In this document: positions 53,840 to 63,900 of the stretch, piece after piece
How the letters are laid out: each line of letters begins with the position of its first letter
How positions within the stretch are numbered: the first letter of the stretch is position 1
Assembly: GCA_000165345.1 (NCBI GenBank)
Contig: CM000436.1
Coordinates: forward strand, 832,001-896,000
Direction of reading: 5' to 3'
Length of the DNA: 64,000 nt
Notes under the pieces: model-generated
Seen by the model: only the letters and a program-made list of their open reading frames with translations
Told to the model about the DNA's origin: nothing
Database searches by the model: none
Program-made: the position numbers and the translations under genes

Positions 53840-54247
53840 ATGTCTCCAAGAGTGACTTATCGCAGAAAGTGCCGTTATAATACCCCATCCAACAGAGTTC
53901 GTGTTGTAAAGACTCCAGGCGGTAGAAACTTGATTCAAAATATTGGAAAAGTATATTCGAGACCTAAATGCGGTGATTGCAAAAAGCCCTTGGCAGGAAT
54001 TCCGGCATGTGCTCCATATGAAATGAAACACCTTAAAAAACGCGAGAGAACTGTTGCCCGTGCATATGGAGGAACCAAATGTCCAACGTGTGTTAGGCAG
54101 AGAATCCTAAGAGCATTCTTGCTTGAGGAACAAAAAGTTGTAAAGAGTGTAATTGCAGAGAAAGAGCAACAGAAGAAGAGTGAAGAGAAGCCAAAGGTTA
54201 ACAAGAAATCCGCAGGAAGTAAGCAAGCCTCATCCAAGAGGAAGTGA
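53840..54247 (+). CDS. RPL34: 60S ribosomal protein L34e
   Basis: MSPRVTYRRKCRYNTPSNRVRVVKTPGGR...CGDCKKPLAGI...RAYGGTKCPTCVRQRILRAFLLEEQK is collinear with eL34, including its 4-Cys zinc ribbon. Confidence 0.9.
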   Translation: MSPRVTYRRKCRYNTPSNRVRVVKTPGGRNLIQNIGKVYSRPKCGDCKKPLAGIPACAPYEMKHLKKRERTVARAYGGTKCPTCVRQRILRAFLLEEQKVVKSVIAEKEQQKKSEEKPKVNKKSAGSKQASSKRK

Positions 54248-54320
54248 AGATCTTACACTTAGATAAATCTAACTTTACTAGTGTTAGTTTTTTATTTAAT
54301 ATTAATACTTTTTTCTTGGT

Positions 54321-55280
54321 TTATAGACCGGTTCCCTCTGGTTTTGGAGGTAGTTTATTCAACTCCTTCTTGATCACGTTTGAGTCTGGAATTACGGAGT
54401 TCATTTTATTGTATTTAGCATCGCCTCCCTTTAAGTTCCCTTTTTTAGACGGATTTTTATTGTCGATTCTTTGTCTATATGCCATATTTGGACTCTCTGA
54501 TTTGATTGAACAATGAAGGCTAACCCTTCTCTTGCTAATTGGCAAGATCAAACAGCCATCATCTTTCCGAATACGGTCTTTTTCGTCGTCGCTGTATTTC
54601 TTCTCGAGCTCTTCGTTATTTCCATTATCTAGATTATTCAAAACAATCATCTCTTTAGCTCTTCTGAACTCGGCAAATCTTTTTTGCTTGAGTTTTTCAG
54701 CATAGTCCTTAATATTTCTTCCAAAATCGTTGGATGTTAAGTTATAAATATATTCATTTTCAGCCTTTTCTTGTATTGCTTCTTGGTATTCAATCTCCCA
54801 AAGCTTTATTACTGAACTCTTGGTTTCTATTATACTGTAAAGTCTCCAAATTTTTTTCCGGAGTTCCAACAAAGATCTTCTCAATGAAAGAAAAAAAGTA
54901 AATTCCTTGAAAATAGGTACCTCATCCATAAATATATTATGTGGGACTGGGTAATGCGAATAATATATTTCCTCATCAGAGTAATTTTGTAATATTAGAC
55001 TCGAACCCAAATCTATCCTTCGCCTGACTTCAGGTAACATTGAGCATAGTTTGAGTGTAATGCTGTGTTCTAAAGCTTCATAACGTGATAACTTTGCTAA
55101 ATAGTATTTATATTGGTATTGGTAATCCGATTGGTATGAATAAACTTTGCTGCTTAGCTCCGAAAATGCTTTATAACGCAAATTTAAGAGAATATTTGAA
55201 AGCTGAACTGGGTTTGCCTGAGAGATGGGCACTTTTTTCACATCATTTATTCCAAAAGAAAGTCCACTATAACCCTGCAT
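54321..55280 (-). CDS. hypothetical protein (319 aa), Lys/Glu-rich C-terminus
   Basis: ATG-initiated ORF with no family recognised. Its 3' end lies 73 nt from the RPL34 stop, in convergent orientation. Confidence 0.5.
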   Translation of the reverse strand: MQGYSGLSFGINDVKKVPISQANPVQLSNILLNLRYKAFSELSSKVYSYQSDYQYQYKYYLAKLSRYEALEHSITLKLCSMLPEVRRRIDLGSSLILQNYSDEEIYYSHYPVPHNIFMDEVPIFKEFTFFLSLRRSLLELRKKIWRLYSIIETKSSVIKLWEIEYQEAIQEKAENEYIYNLTSNDFGRNIKDYAEKLKQKRFAEFRRAKEMIVLNNLDNGNNEELEKKYSDDEKDRIRKDDGCLILPISKRRVSLHCSIKSESPNMAYRQRIDNKNPSKKGNLKGGDAKYNKMNSVIPDSNVIKKELNKLPPKPEGTGL

Positions 55281-55454
55281 CTTATTGTTCGTCGGCTTTG
55301 CATATTAAAGTCGACTCACTTTTGTTTCATGTAATTATTATTCAATTAGCATTTTAAAAATTTCATCAATATAAAAAAATTGCCACTATACCGCACAAAC
55401 GTTTTTAGATCGCAATGCAATGTAGTCATTTTATAAAATGCCATTTATTAAAAT

Positions 55455-58400
55455 TTAATGTGATTTTAGGCGGCTTGATCTGCGAAGTTTCTTGGGAGTT
55501 CCAATCTTAAATGGAACGCTTTCAATCCAGTTTTCATCGCTTCCCTCAGAAAGGCTTGAAGAAAAAGAATCTGAATCGCGTTTATAGTATTTTCTTACCA
55601 AATTTTCATCATTATGATCTATTAAGTCTGTTCTCGTGTTTGGATCTGCTAATTTTCTGATTTTTATTGAGCGATTTTTTTTAATTTCTTTCTCTTTAAT
55701 TTGTTTACTTTGAGCCATTACTGGCACATTCCATATATAGTTAAGCTTTGTAGTGTTGTGATTCATTTTTATTCTGGAAAATAGATATGACGGCATTCTG
55801 AATTTGTACGTACTTTTTATGTAGTTCCAGTTATCAAATATATCTGTATTTTCTCTCAAGTATATTTCTGGGTCTTCCTTATTTAGAAAAAAATAGGAAA
55901 TATGGAATTGAATCCCCTTGCAAATATCAGTAATATTAATGCTATGAATAAATAAATTGCTATTATCCGATATATAATTATATTTAGAGCCTATTTCTTC
56001 AAGAAATGCTATACAGTACACTCCCATTGCAGTAAGTTGTTCTAAAGCGATTTCATAACTTTTAAGCTTATCCTGTAGTTTATCATAAAAGATTTTTACA
56101 AAGCAATGAATGGAATTATTAATATATTCCAAATTGAAATTATTTGTTTTAGATATGTAATATAGGAAAACGGAAATAATACAATCAAACACACAATATA
56201 GCTGGTTATATTTGATTGTTTTTGGATAAATTACAGAACCAATAAATATATTTACGGCTTCACTGATAGATCTCTCTATATCTATATAAACTTTTGAAGA
56301 TTCCAGCTCTTTGCTGAGTTGTTGGCTTAAAAGGGGTATGAAAGATATTCCTATTGATCTTCCCAATGCAGTTGATAAGATATTATTTTTAATCCCATCC
56401 TTGCTTGTATAAAAAACTTTTGAATTCATTAAAAAAATCATCTGAGCTGGTCCGTTATTACAAAATTCTTGGCCTAATTCGAATAATCTGAGATGATTTT
56501 CTCTATAGAAATCCTTCAATTCTGAAAGGCAAATATAATTGTTTAGTTCGAAATAAAAATATAAATTGAATACTAATATACTTTCTTTAAGTGAATGCAA
56601 ATTAATCCCAATTGATCCATCAAAACTTGATTCAAGATTATATGTGAAATAAGTATAAAATAACTTGTTTTCTAAGTATAAATCCGTGAAGGATAGTTTA
56701 CTTAATCTAGATTCTATATCTGGAGCGAACTTAAACTTCTTGTTGAAGTTATAATAAATATCAAAGAATTTACTGAATATTATTTTGTCTATGGTACTCA
56801 ACTTGAAACATAATAAGCATCCCACTCCAATTAATTTTGTTAATAAAATATATTGATAAGCTGTAATATCAGATTGCATTAAAACTTTCTCAATAAAAAT
56901 GATCAATTTACTTATTATTGTTTTAGCATCAGTTATTTCTTCAAATTCATATTTCCACATTTTTTCCGCTTGCAAACATAAGATGAAAAGTTCCAAACTT
57001 CGTTCATTATTGAGATTATTTTTCTTTTTTAAAATATTTGACTCAATATAAATCCGGAAATCTGAATAATCGCAAAGAGTGTTTGAAATAAAATTGTTTG
57101 GAAATATTTGAAATACTATATCACTTATAATTGTTCCCAGTTCGTTATTGGGAATTATTTCCGTAATAAAATTGCTTCGATAATTTTCCAAAGAAAAACA
57201 GTCATCAGTAAATTGAATATCAAAAATTTCATTAATATTACTGAACATAGAATTTGCTTCTCTTAAATACTTCATAAGTTTCTTTCTAAACAAATTTTTC
57301 GAGTTAAAATAAAAGCCTTCATATAGTTTGAATATTTCTTCTATATCAAAAAGTTTAATAGCATCGTTAAGCATTTGAATAATCTTTTCACTCGAATGAC
57401 TAAGTTCTTGACTGTTCAAAATATAGTTCAGCATGTTTATTTTAAATTTGAATTGTAAATTTAATTTAATTGCATCTAAGCCATCTGCAAATGATGATCC
57501 ATTGCAGTATTCATTGCATAATTTTTCTTTTACGATATCCAAATTAGGACAAAAGATAGTGCGAAGTAGTATACAGTTAATATTCTCAAAATTAAATTTA
57601 AATATGCTCAAGTAACGAATAATTTTTTTAAACTTTACGGCCAGATCTATTTCCAAGCCTTCAATCAAATCTTCAGTACGTTGCTCTTTATGCCAAATTT
57701 TAATTCCAAGAATAGCTGCCCATTTTACAAACCTCTCCCTTGAAATTAATGAATCTTGAATTTTAGACAGCATATTTTTTGCAGCTGTTTCAGAATCCTC
57801 CTTTGAACTTCCGTCTTCTTGAAAGAAGTATTCTATTTGCGCAATAATTTCCAATTTTAGCGAATCAAGATATTTATCTAACTTGTTATTTTTGTGAATT
57901 TGAATTAAAAATAATGAACATACAAATAGCCTAAAGTTTTTGAGTAGTGCATACCTTTGATAAATAAAGGTCTTTATTATTTTAAATATTGCCGTATTTG
58001 ATTTATATTCAGCAGCTTTGCTGCAAAGAGTTTCTGATGTTTTGTTAATAGGAAAACATGATTCAAGCGCTTCTAATTGATTGAGATCGAGTAGAGCATC
58101 CTCAATAATTATTCTCATTTGGCAATCTTTTTGTTTGAATGAAACATACCATAATAGCCACAGTTTTCCTGATAACTCGGGGATTTTGATAAATCCTTTT
58201 AAGTATTTGATCAAGTATATTCTGATATTTCTATTTTTATCACAAATATGTTTTATTAGATATTGGATACTATTATCTACTAATTTACTTGAATTTGATT
58301 CCTTCTGATTATTTGCAAGCCAAACAGAGACAAATTTAATCCAACTTTCACTCATATTGGGGCATGTAATATTTTTACTTTCGATAATAAATTTGATAAA

Positions 58401-59738
58401 TTTCTCACTATAATATCCAAATTCTGATTTTTCAATTAAGATGTTCATAGCTTCTGTAATTCCTTCAAAAACTTCTGACCTGATATTAAGTTGTTTATCA
58501 TTTAATCTGGAAAGCCAGAATTCTATTAGCTGGCTTTTTAGTAGACTTTCTTTGAACTCTCTTTGTTGGTTTTTTATCTTTGAGCTTTGAAAAACAATTT
58601 CATATTCGGATTTAATATCAAGTAAAATAAACTTCGTGACCATTTTTACTGTTTCAAGACGTAGTTTATCATTAGTTTCTCGAATTTCGCAAGCCATCTG
58701 ACTGATCACCGATTGAATATACTCTTCATTTATACTTCCTAGAAAGTGGATAACATCAATGACAGCCATTTGTATATCTTTAAATTTTTCAAACTTAATA
58801 TTCTTTAATAAATCTGGAAATAATGCAGACCTATCTCTCCACCAATAATTTTCTTTCTCATACAAATTCCTGAAATCAGAAGAATATCTTGCTTTGCATC
58901 TCAAAAACTTGAAGGATTCTGTTAGAATTGTATTAGTTATGTACGAAATCCCGCTAACTCCCACATTTGACAAGATAGCACTAAAGTGGAAAAGAAGGTC
59001 ACGAATCTTCACATTCTTAGAAGATTTGAACAAATTTATTAGTTTCTTAAGAAAACTTAACGTCAGTTCATTCTTTGCATTAATCATTCCGGTATAGCTC
59101 AAAATACTAGAAATTGCATACTTGCAAATATCTTGTAATTCAATATTTTTTTGAATAACAGAATTCTCAAGAAGATCCAATAACATATCAAAGATTAAAA
59201 TTAACCGACTTTTGCTTAAGCTTTCATGAATATTTTCTATCAAGAATATCAATAATTTGGAATTATTCTCAGTGGCCCTTTCTATAGAGTAAATACATTT
59301 TGACCAAATTTTATTTGAACCATTTATTTTTACTTCATTCCCTTTCAAGCTCTCTAATATGCTTTCAATATGTTCAATCAACCCAAATAGAGTAATCTCA
59401 CATATTATTTCAGTATTTGATTGTTTGAGGTTATTTTTAGAATTGTTTGATATATTTACACAATTTTTAAATTTAATTTTTTTCAAAAAGTTCGGTGAAA
59501 CAGGCAGAGCAAGCCTAATGCAGTCTAAAATACAGTTTAAAAGTATGCTTTTATAGTTGTTGAATGGCTTTTGTAAATCTTCTTGTTCTATTAATACTTC
59601 TAAAATTGGCAACTCGATATTTACGCTTAGGTTTGATAAACAAATACTTATTTCTCTTAATCTCTCAATACTAAGTTTATTATACCCTCGTGACTTGCTA
59701 GTCATTAAAATATCAGGGATGTTATTGTATTCACTCAT
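55455..59738 (-). CDS. large hypothetical protein (1427 aa), Leu/Ile/Asn/Lys-rich helical, basic C-terminal tail
   Basis: An uninterrupted 4.3-kb ORF in 70% AT sequence is not expected by chance. No catalytic motif was recognised. The C-terminal segment ...KIGTPKKLRRSSRLKSH looks like a nuclear-localisation signal. Confidence 0.55.
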   Translation of the reverse strand: MSEYNNIPDILMTSKSRGYNKLSIERLREISICLSNLSVNIELPILEVLIEQEDLQKPFNNYKSILLNCILDCIRLALPVSPNFLKKIKFKNCVNISNNSKNNLKQSNTEIICEITLFGLIEHIESILESLKGNEVKINGSNKIWSKCIYSIERATENNSKLLIFLIENIHESLSKSRLILIFDMLLDLLENSVIQKNIELQDICKYAISSILSYTGMINAKNELTLSFLKKLINLFKSSKNVKIRDLLFHFSAILSNVGVSGISYITNTILTESFKFLRCKARYSSDFRNLYEKENYWWRDRSALFPDLLKNIKFEKFKDIQMAVIDVIHFLGSINEEYIQSVISQMACEIRETNDKLRLETVKMVTKFILLDIKSEYEIVFQSSKIKNQQREFKESLLKSQLIEFWLSRLNDKQLNIRSEVFEGITEAMNILIEKSEFGYYSEKFIKFIIESKNITCPNMSESWIKFVSVWLANNQKESNSSKLVDNSIQYLIKHICDKNRNIRIYLIKYLKGFIKIPELSGKLWLLWYVSFKQKDCQMRIIIEDALLDLNQLEALESCFPINKTSETLCSKAAEYKSNTAIFKIIKTFIYQRYALLKNFRLFVCSLFLIQIHKNNKLDKYLDSLKLEIIAQIEYFFQEDGSSKEDSETAAKNMLSKIQDSLISRERFVKWAAILGIKIWHKEQRTEDLIEGLEIDLAVKFKKIIRYLSIFKFNFENINCILLRTIFCPNLDIVKEKLCNEYCNGSSFADGLDAIKLNLQFKFKINMLNYILNSQELSHSSEKIIQMLNDAIKLFDIEEIFKLYEGFYFNSKNLFRKKLMKYLREANSMFSNINEIFDIQFTDDCFSLENYRSNFITEIIPNNELGTIISDIVFQIFPNNFISNTLCDYSDFRIYIESNILKKKNNLNNERSLELFILCLQAEKMWKYEFEEITDAKTIISKLIIFIEKVLMQSDITAYQYILLTKLIGVGCLLCFKLSTIDKIIFSKFFDIYYNFNKKFKFAPDIESRLSKLSFTDLYLENKLFYTYFTYNLESSFDGSIGINLHSLKESILVFNLYFYFELNNYICLSELKDFYRENHLRLFELGQEFCNNGPAQMIFLMNSKVFYTSKDGIKNNILSTALGRSIGISFIPLLSQQLSKELESSKVYIDIERSISEAVNIFIGSVIYPKTIKYNQLYCVFDCIISVFLYYISKTNNFNLEYINNSIHCFVKIFYDKLQDKLKSYEIALEQLTAMGVYCIAFLEEIGSKYNYISDNSNLFIHSINITDICKGIQFHISYFFLNKEDPEIYLRENTDIFDNWNYIKSTYKFRMPSYLFSRIKMNHNTTKLNYIWNVPVMAQSKQIKEKEIKKNRSIKIRKLADPNTRTDLIDHNDENLVRKYYKRDSDSFSSSLSEGSDENWIESVPFKIGTPKKLRRSSRLKSH

Positions 59739-60046
59739 TTCTTCATTTTTGTTAGATAAAATTTGTACAATATTTGTGTTGAGAAACTATTTTTACATGC
59801 AGCTATATTAGTCCCCACAAAGCGCCAAGTTACGAAATTAATTGATTTTTCTTATTTTTAACAAGATTAAAGTAATGATGAAGGCGAGTAATAAAAATAG
59901 GTATGTTTATAGAAATAAGTATGCGCAATTAATTTCTGATTCAATTCCTCAGCATTATCGATTTTATTAAGAAAACCTCAATTGAATGTTTAAATGAAGA
60001 TAGAAATTTCCCATTTAAAAATGCATTATTTCAGACTAATCTTGAA

Positions 60047-60460
60047 ATGTTTTGTTCTTCATTAGATGATCACGAATTGCTAGCCAAATTCAATTTCGTT
60101 CAACCTGTGAATTTGACCGGAGTTTCATTCAAACTGTTAGAGAAAGATGTAATAGAAGGGTTTGGACCAAAAAAAATTAAACTTTTCGCCGACGCCACTT
60201 CTTACAGTATAGGAGATGCAGAAATAGAAAACGGAACACAAGAATTTGAGCTGACAAAGAGCCAGCTAATTAGCGGAGAATGCATTGATTTAAAAATGGT
60301 CAAGTTCAAGAATGTTAATTTCATTCAAATTTATATTTCCGAAAACTACGGCAATGAGAACACTAGAATTGGGAAAATAAACATTTATGGTGAAAAAGGT
60401 GATTTTGTAGACATTACCAAATGGAAGCCATACAGAGAAGAGAAGCCTCCCCTAAGTTAG
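60047..60460 (+). CDS. PITH-domain protein (proteasome-interacting thioredoxin C-terminal domain, PITHD1-like); N-terminus unresolved
   Basis: ...HELLAKFNFVQPVNLTGVSF...VKFKNVNFIQIYISENYGNENTRIGKINIYGEKGDFVDI aligns with human PITHD1 (...EELLFNIPFTGNVKLKGIII...SRFSNVYHLSIHISKNFGADTTKVFYIGLRGEWTE). About 40-70 N-terminal residues expected for the domain are absent, so upstream exons may exist. Confidence 0.65.
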   Translation: MFCSSLDDHELLAKFNFVQPVNLTGVSFKLLEKDVIEGFGPKKIKLFADATSYSIGDAEIENGTQEFELTKSQLISGECIDLKMVKFKNVNFIQIYISENYGNENTRIGKINIYGEKGDFVDITKWKPYREEKPPLS

Positions 60461-60959
60461 ATACAAACCAAATTTAGTAAATAATCAGGTAGCACTGCAT
60501 CCGATTCAATCTAACTAAAAGAGAATTTTTAGAAGGATACGTAAAAATTAGAATACTTGTAAATGCGTGGCATCACTATAAACGTACAATCTATCAGAAT
60601 GGAAGGAGAATACTGACGACTCCTCCCAAGCATGTAAACCTATTTGGCGTGCATCAAGTCTTAGATAAGTCGGCCCAGTCTCTACTTGAATTCTCAAATA
60701 TAGGGCAAGTTAAGCCATATGATTCCGAGAAGAATATGGTGAGCCAGAAGTGGAGATAATGCTTACTCGACCGGTCACCTGAAAATGTCTTTTTCGGGAT
60801 GATCCTTCCAGTACATACAATCGGGCCTGGTATCTTAACTTAAAGCTGATTAACTTGCCACCATCTTGAACGGACGCTAATATTACAAAATTGTTTAATC
60901 GCTCTAAATATTCAATAAGACAGTGCAACCTTGTAGAATACTTGTCAAATTATCTAGAC

Positions 60960-63900
60960 TTAGTCGATGTTATTTTCTGCCTCTGATGCCAATCTTACTG
61001 GACTTGAACTGCTTCCACCCTTGCCACCGCAGCCCATGGAACAACCATATGCACACCCATATGCGCATGCAGAACCTGCGCAACTGCATTTTCCGCAGCG
61101 GCCGCTTGAGCAGTTGCAAGAATTACTCTTAGATTCTGGTCTCTTAGATTCTGGTTTCCTAGATTCTGGTATCTTAGATTCTGGTTTCCTAGATTCTGGC
61201 CTCTTAGATTCTGGTCTCCCAGATCCTACTACTTTCTCGGAACCTAAATCCGGTACCTGGGCTAATATCCTGCGAGATGGACCTGTAGAAATAGGTGATG
61301 AGACAGTAGTGGTAGAAGTCCTTAGGCTAGTCGTGACGTATCTGGTAGTAGTGGTGGTAGTGGTGGTAGTAGTGGTAGGTCTTGTAGTAGTAGTGGTAGG
61401 TCTTGTAGTAGTAGTGGTAGGTCTTGTGGTAGTAGTAGTAGGTCTTGTAGTAGTAGTGGTAGATCTTGTAGTAGTAGTGGTAGGTCTTGTGGTAGTAGTG
61501 GTAGGTCTTGTGGTAGTAGTGGTAGATCTCGTAGTAGTAGTGGTAGATCTTGTGGTAGTGGTGGTAGATCTCGTAGTAGTAGTGGTAGGTCTTGTAGTAG
61601 TAGTGGTAGTAGTGGTAGGTCTTGTAGTAGTGGTAGGTCTTGTAGTAGTGGTGGTAGATCTCGTAGTAGTAGTAGTGGTAAATCTTGTGGTAGTAGTAGT
61701 GGATGGCCTCACGCACTCAGATCCTTTGCACTTGGAGCCATCACAGTTAGTACCTTTACAACCGGGATTTTTACACGATGGTGCAGTGCAGACCTCCTCT
61801 GGTTTTTCGCGTACGCAATGATCTGGCTTTTTACAATTTGGCTTACCTGCACAATGGGATTTATAATAGTTGTTGCTGCATGAGCCTACAGCTCTTCCAT
61901 CATACCCGACGATACGAGCAGGGATAGCCTTCACGCCCCTACATCTAGCAGGGACGCACTTAGCACCTTCAAGATGGCAAAGGGAACTAGAGCACCCATC
62001 GCAGTGAACGCGACCGCATTTTCCTCCTACACATCTCGCAGGGGTACATTCTCCTCCGGTGCACTTGGCTGTAGTGCAACTGCATCCATTGCAAGATGGG
62101 TGGCATTTAGCAGGAGTACATTCTGAACCCTTGCATTTAAATCCATCGTATTCATTTCCATTGCACTTAGGCCCAACGCAATATCCTCCTTTGCATGAGC
62201 CCTTCTCACATCCAGTTTGACTTTCGCCTACATTGCAAGAACCAGTCGTGCATGTTCCTGGAGTACAAGATCCAGGTTGGCACCTCGGAGCAACACACTC
62301 ATCGCAATAGCACCTATGTGAGCAATCACCAGCAACACACTTTCCTTTCTTACATTCTCCCTTGACACACTCGCCTTTAGAACACTCCTCCTTTGCACAG
62401 TGATGATTTGGTAATATTTCATGCTTAACGCACCTAGCACCTCTGACCCTAGCAGGAGAACATGACCCTCCAGTGCAATGAGCGGGACGCGCAACGCACC
62501 CCTCGAGCCTTGGAACCTCTGTAGTGCATCCAACACACTTGGTTGAAGAACATGAGCCCGAATGGCAAGACCCTCCTACGCATTTTCCAGGCTTGCATTC
62601 ACCGCCTACGCAATTACCACATTTGCACGAGCCCTTTTCGCATTTTGCATCAGAGCAATCAACCATATGAATGGCAATGTGATTGCAATCTTTCTTAACG
62701 CATGTTGCCTTGTAACACATTTTAGGTGATCCGTCCTTGTTGCTGATACATGAAGGACCAGAAAGGCATGATATTGAGGCGCATTGAGCGGGAGTATACG
62801 CCTTACCAGTTGCAACCTTGCTTAATATCTCCTCTGGAGTAGAAACTTGTGGATCTAATATCTCTTGAACATTAGGCATTTCATCATCATCTTCCTCTAT
62901 GTCCGAAGTGGCTTCTGCTAGCTTTCTATTTGGTGTTACCACTGGGGAGGGCTCTCTAGCAGAGGAATCATCAACATCTGACTCAACCTCATTAGTGGAA
63001 AAATCTGCGTTGGGGTCAACAACCATAGAAGGCTTTGAAAGGGTACCCATTGCTTTAGATTCTAAGGTAGTAAAGAATTGGAGAGCAGAATAATTTGTTG
63101 TTCTTTCGCGGTGTTCGAGAACGGAGACTGCAGTCCTCAAAATGTAAAGAGCCCTTTCTGCCTCTTTATCGCCATCCTCTGCTCTCTTTACAACAACGGA
63201 CTTATGAAAATCCAAAAGATCCTTATTCGGCTCAGACATTATTACGCCATAACTGCCATCACTCTCAACTATGAATGGATCTTTAGTTTGATCTCTTGCC
63301 CATCTAGGAAGTAAAGGAGAATACTTATCAATGTGATATCCTAATGCAAGACTGCTTGCATTAATCTCGTCAATGTTTTGAGATTGAGACTCCACTTTGG
63401 AAAATATTTCGTCCGTGACCTCGTTAGCTGTAGATAACTCTTCGAATAAATCTTCAAAAACATCCAATTCTTGTTTGATATCAGAAACGAGCTTCTCGCG
63501 AGTTCTTTGAGCATGCTGTCGTTGATATAACATTGGAATTTTGTCAATTCTACCATGATTTCTCTCGATATAGTCCAGCTGCGACTCAATCAGTGAGCGC
63601 TGCTCCTTCAAGTGGTTTTTCAAATCATCAAGATTCCTTGGTGTCTTTGGTGATTTACCTGGAATGGGACTTGGAGAGGCGTGAGCAATCAACATAAACG
63701 TAGTAGAAACAAGAATGTCATCTTCCTTGGCAATAACAAATGCACGGGTAGATATACTCTCATTCACCTCATCATCTAGAGAAAGATCAGACACAGATGC
63801 GCTTAGGTTGGACAATTTTTCCCTCTGTGTCTTACAAAGAGACTTCATATAAAGCAAGACTTGAGAATAAACCTTCTTTGCCTCTGTATCAGGTAAAGAT

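Noticed and set aside
61128-61705. Regularly spaced short direct repeats considered as a CRISPR-like array
   Set aside because: Units are contiguous with no spacers. They are in frame within a eukaryotic coding sequence and encode amino-acid repeats. There are no cas genes, and the genomic context is eukaryotic.
60967-61821. 284-aa plus-strand ORF (LDSGLLDSGFLDSG... / LVVVVVG...) and the 129-aa minus-strand ORF 61327..61716 (YYYHKIYHYYY...)
   Set aside because: Both are alternative-frame or antisense readings of the two tandem DNA repeats inside the mucin-like gene. Their periodicity simply mirrors the repeat unit. The T5-R-P/S frame is the one contiguous with the 2.9-kb ORF.
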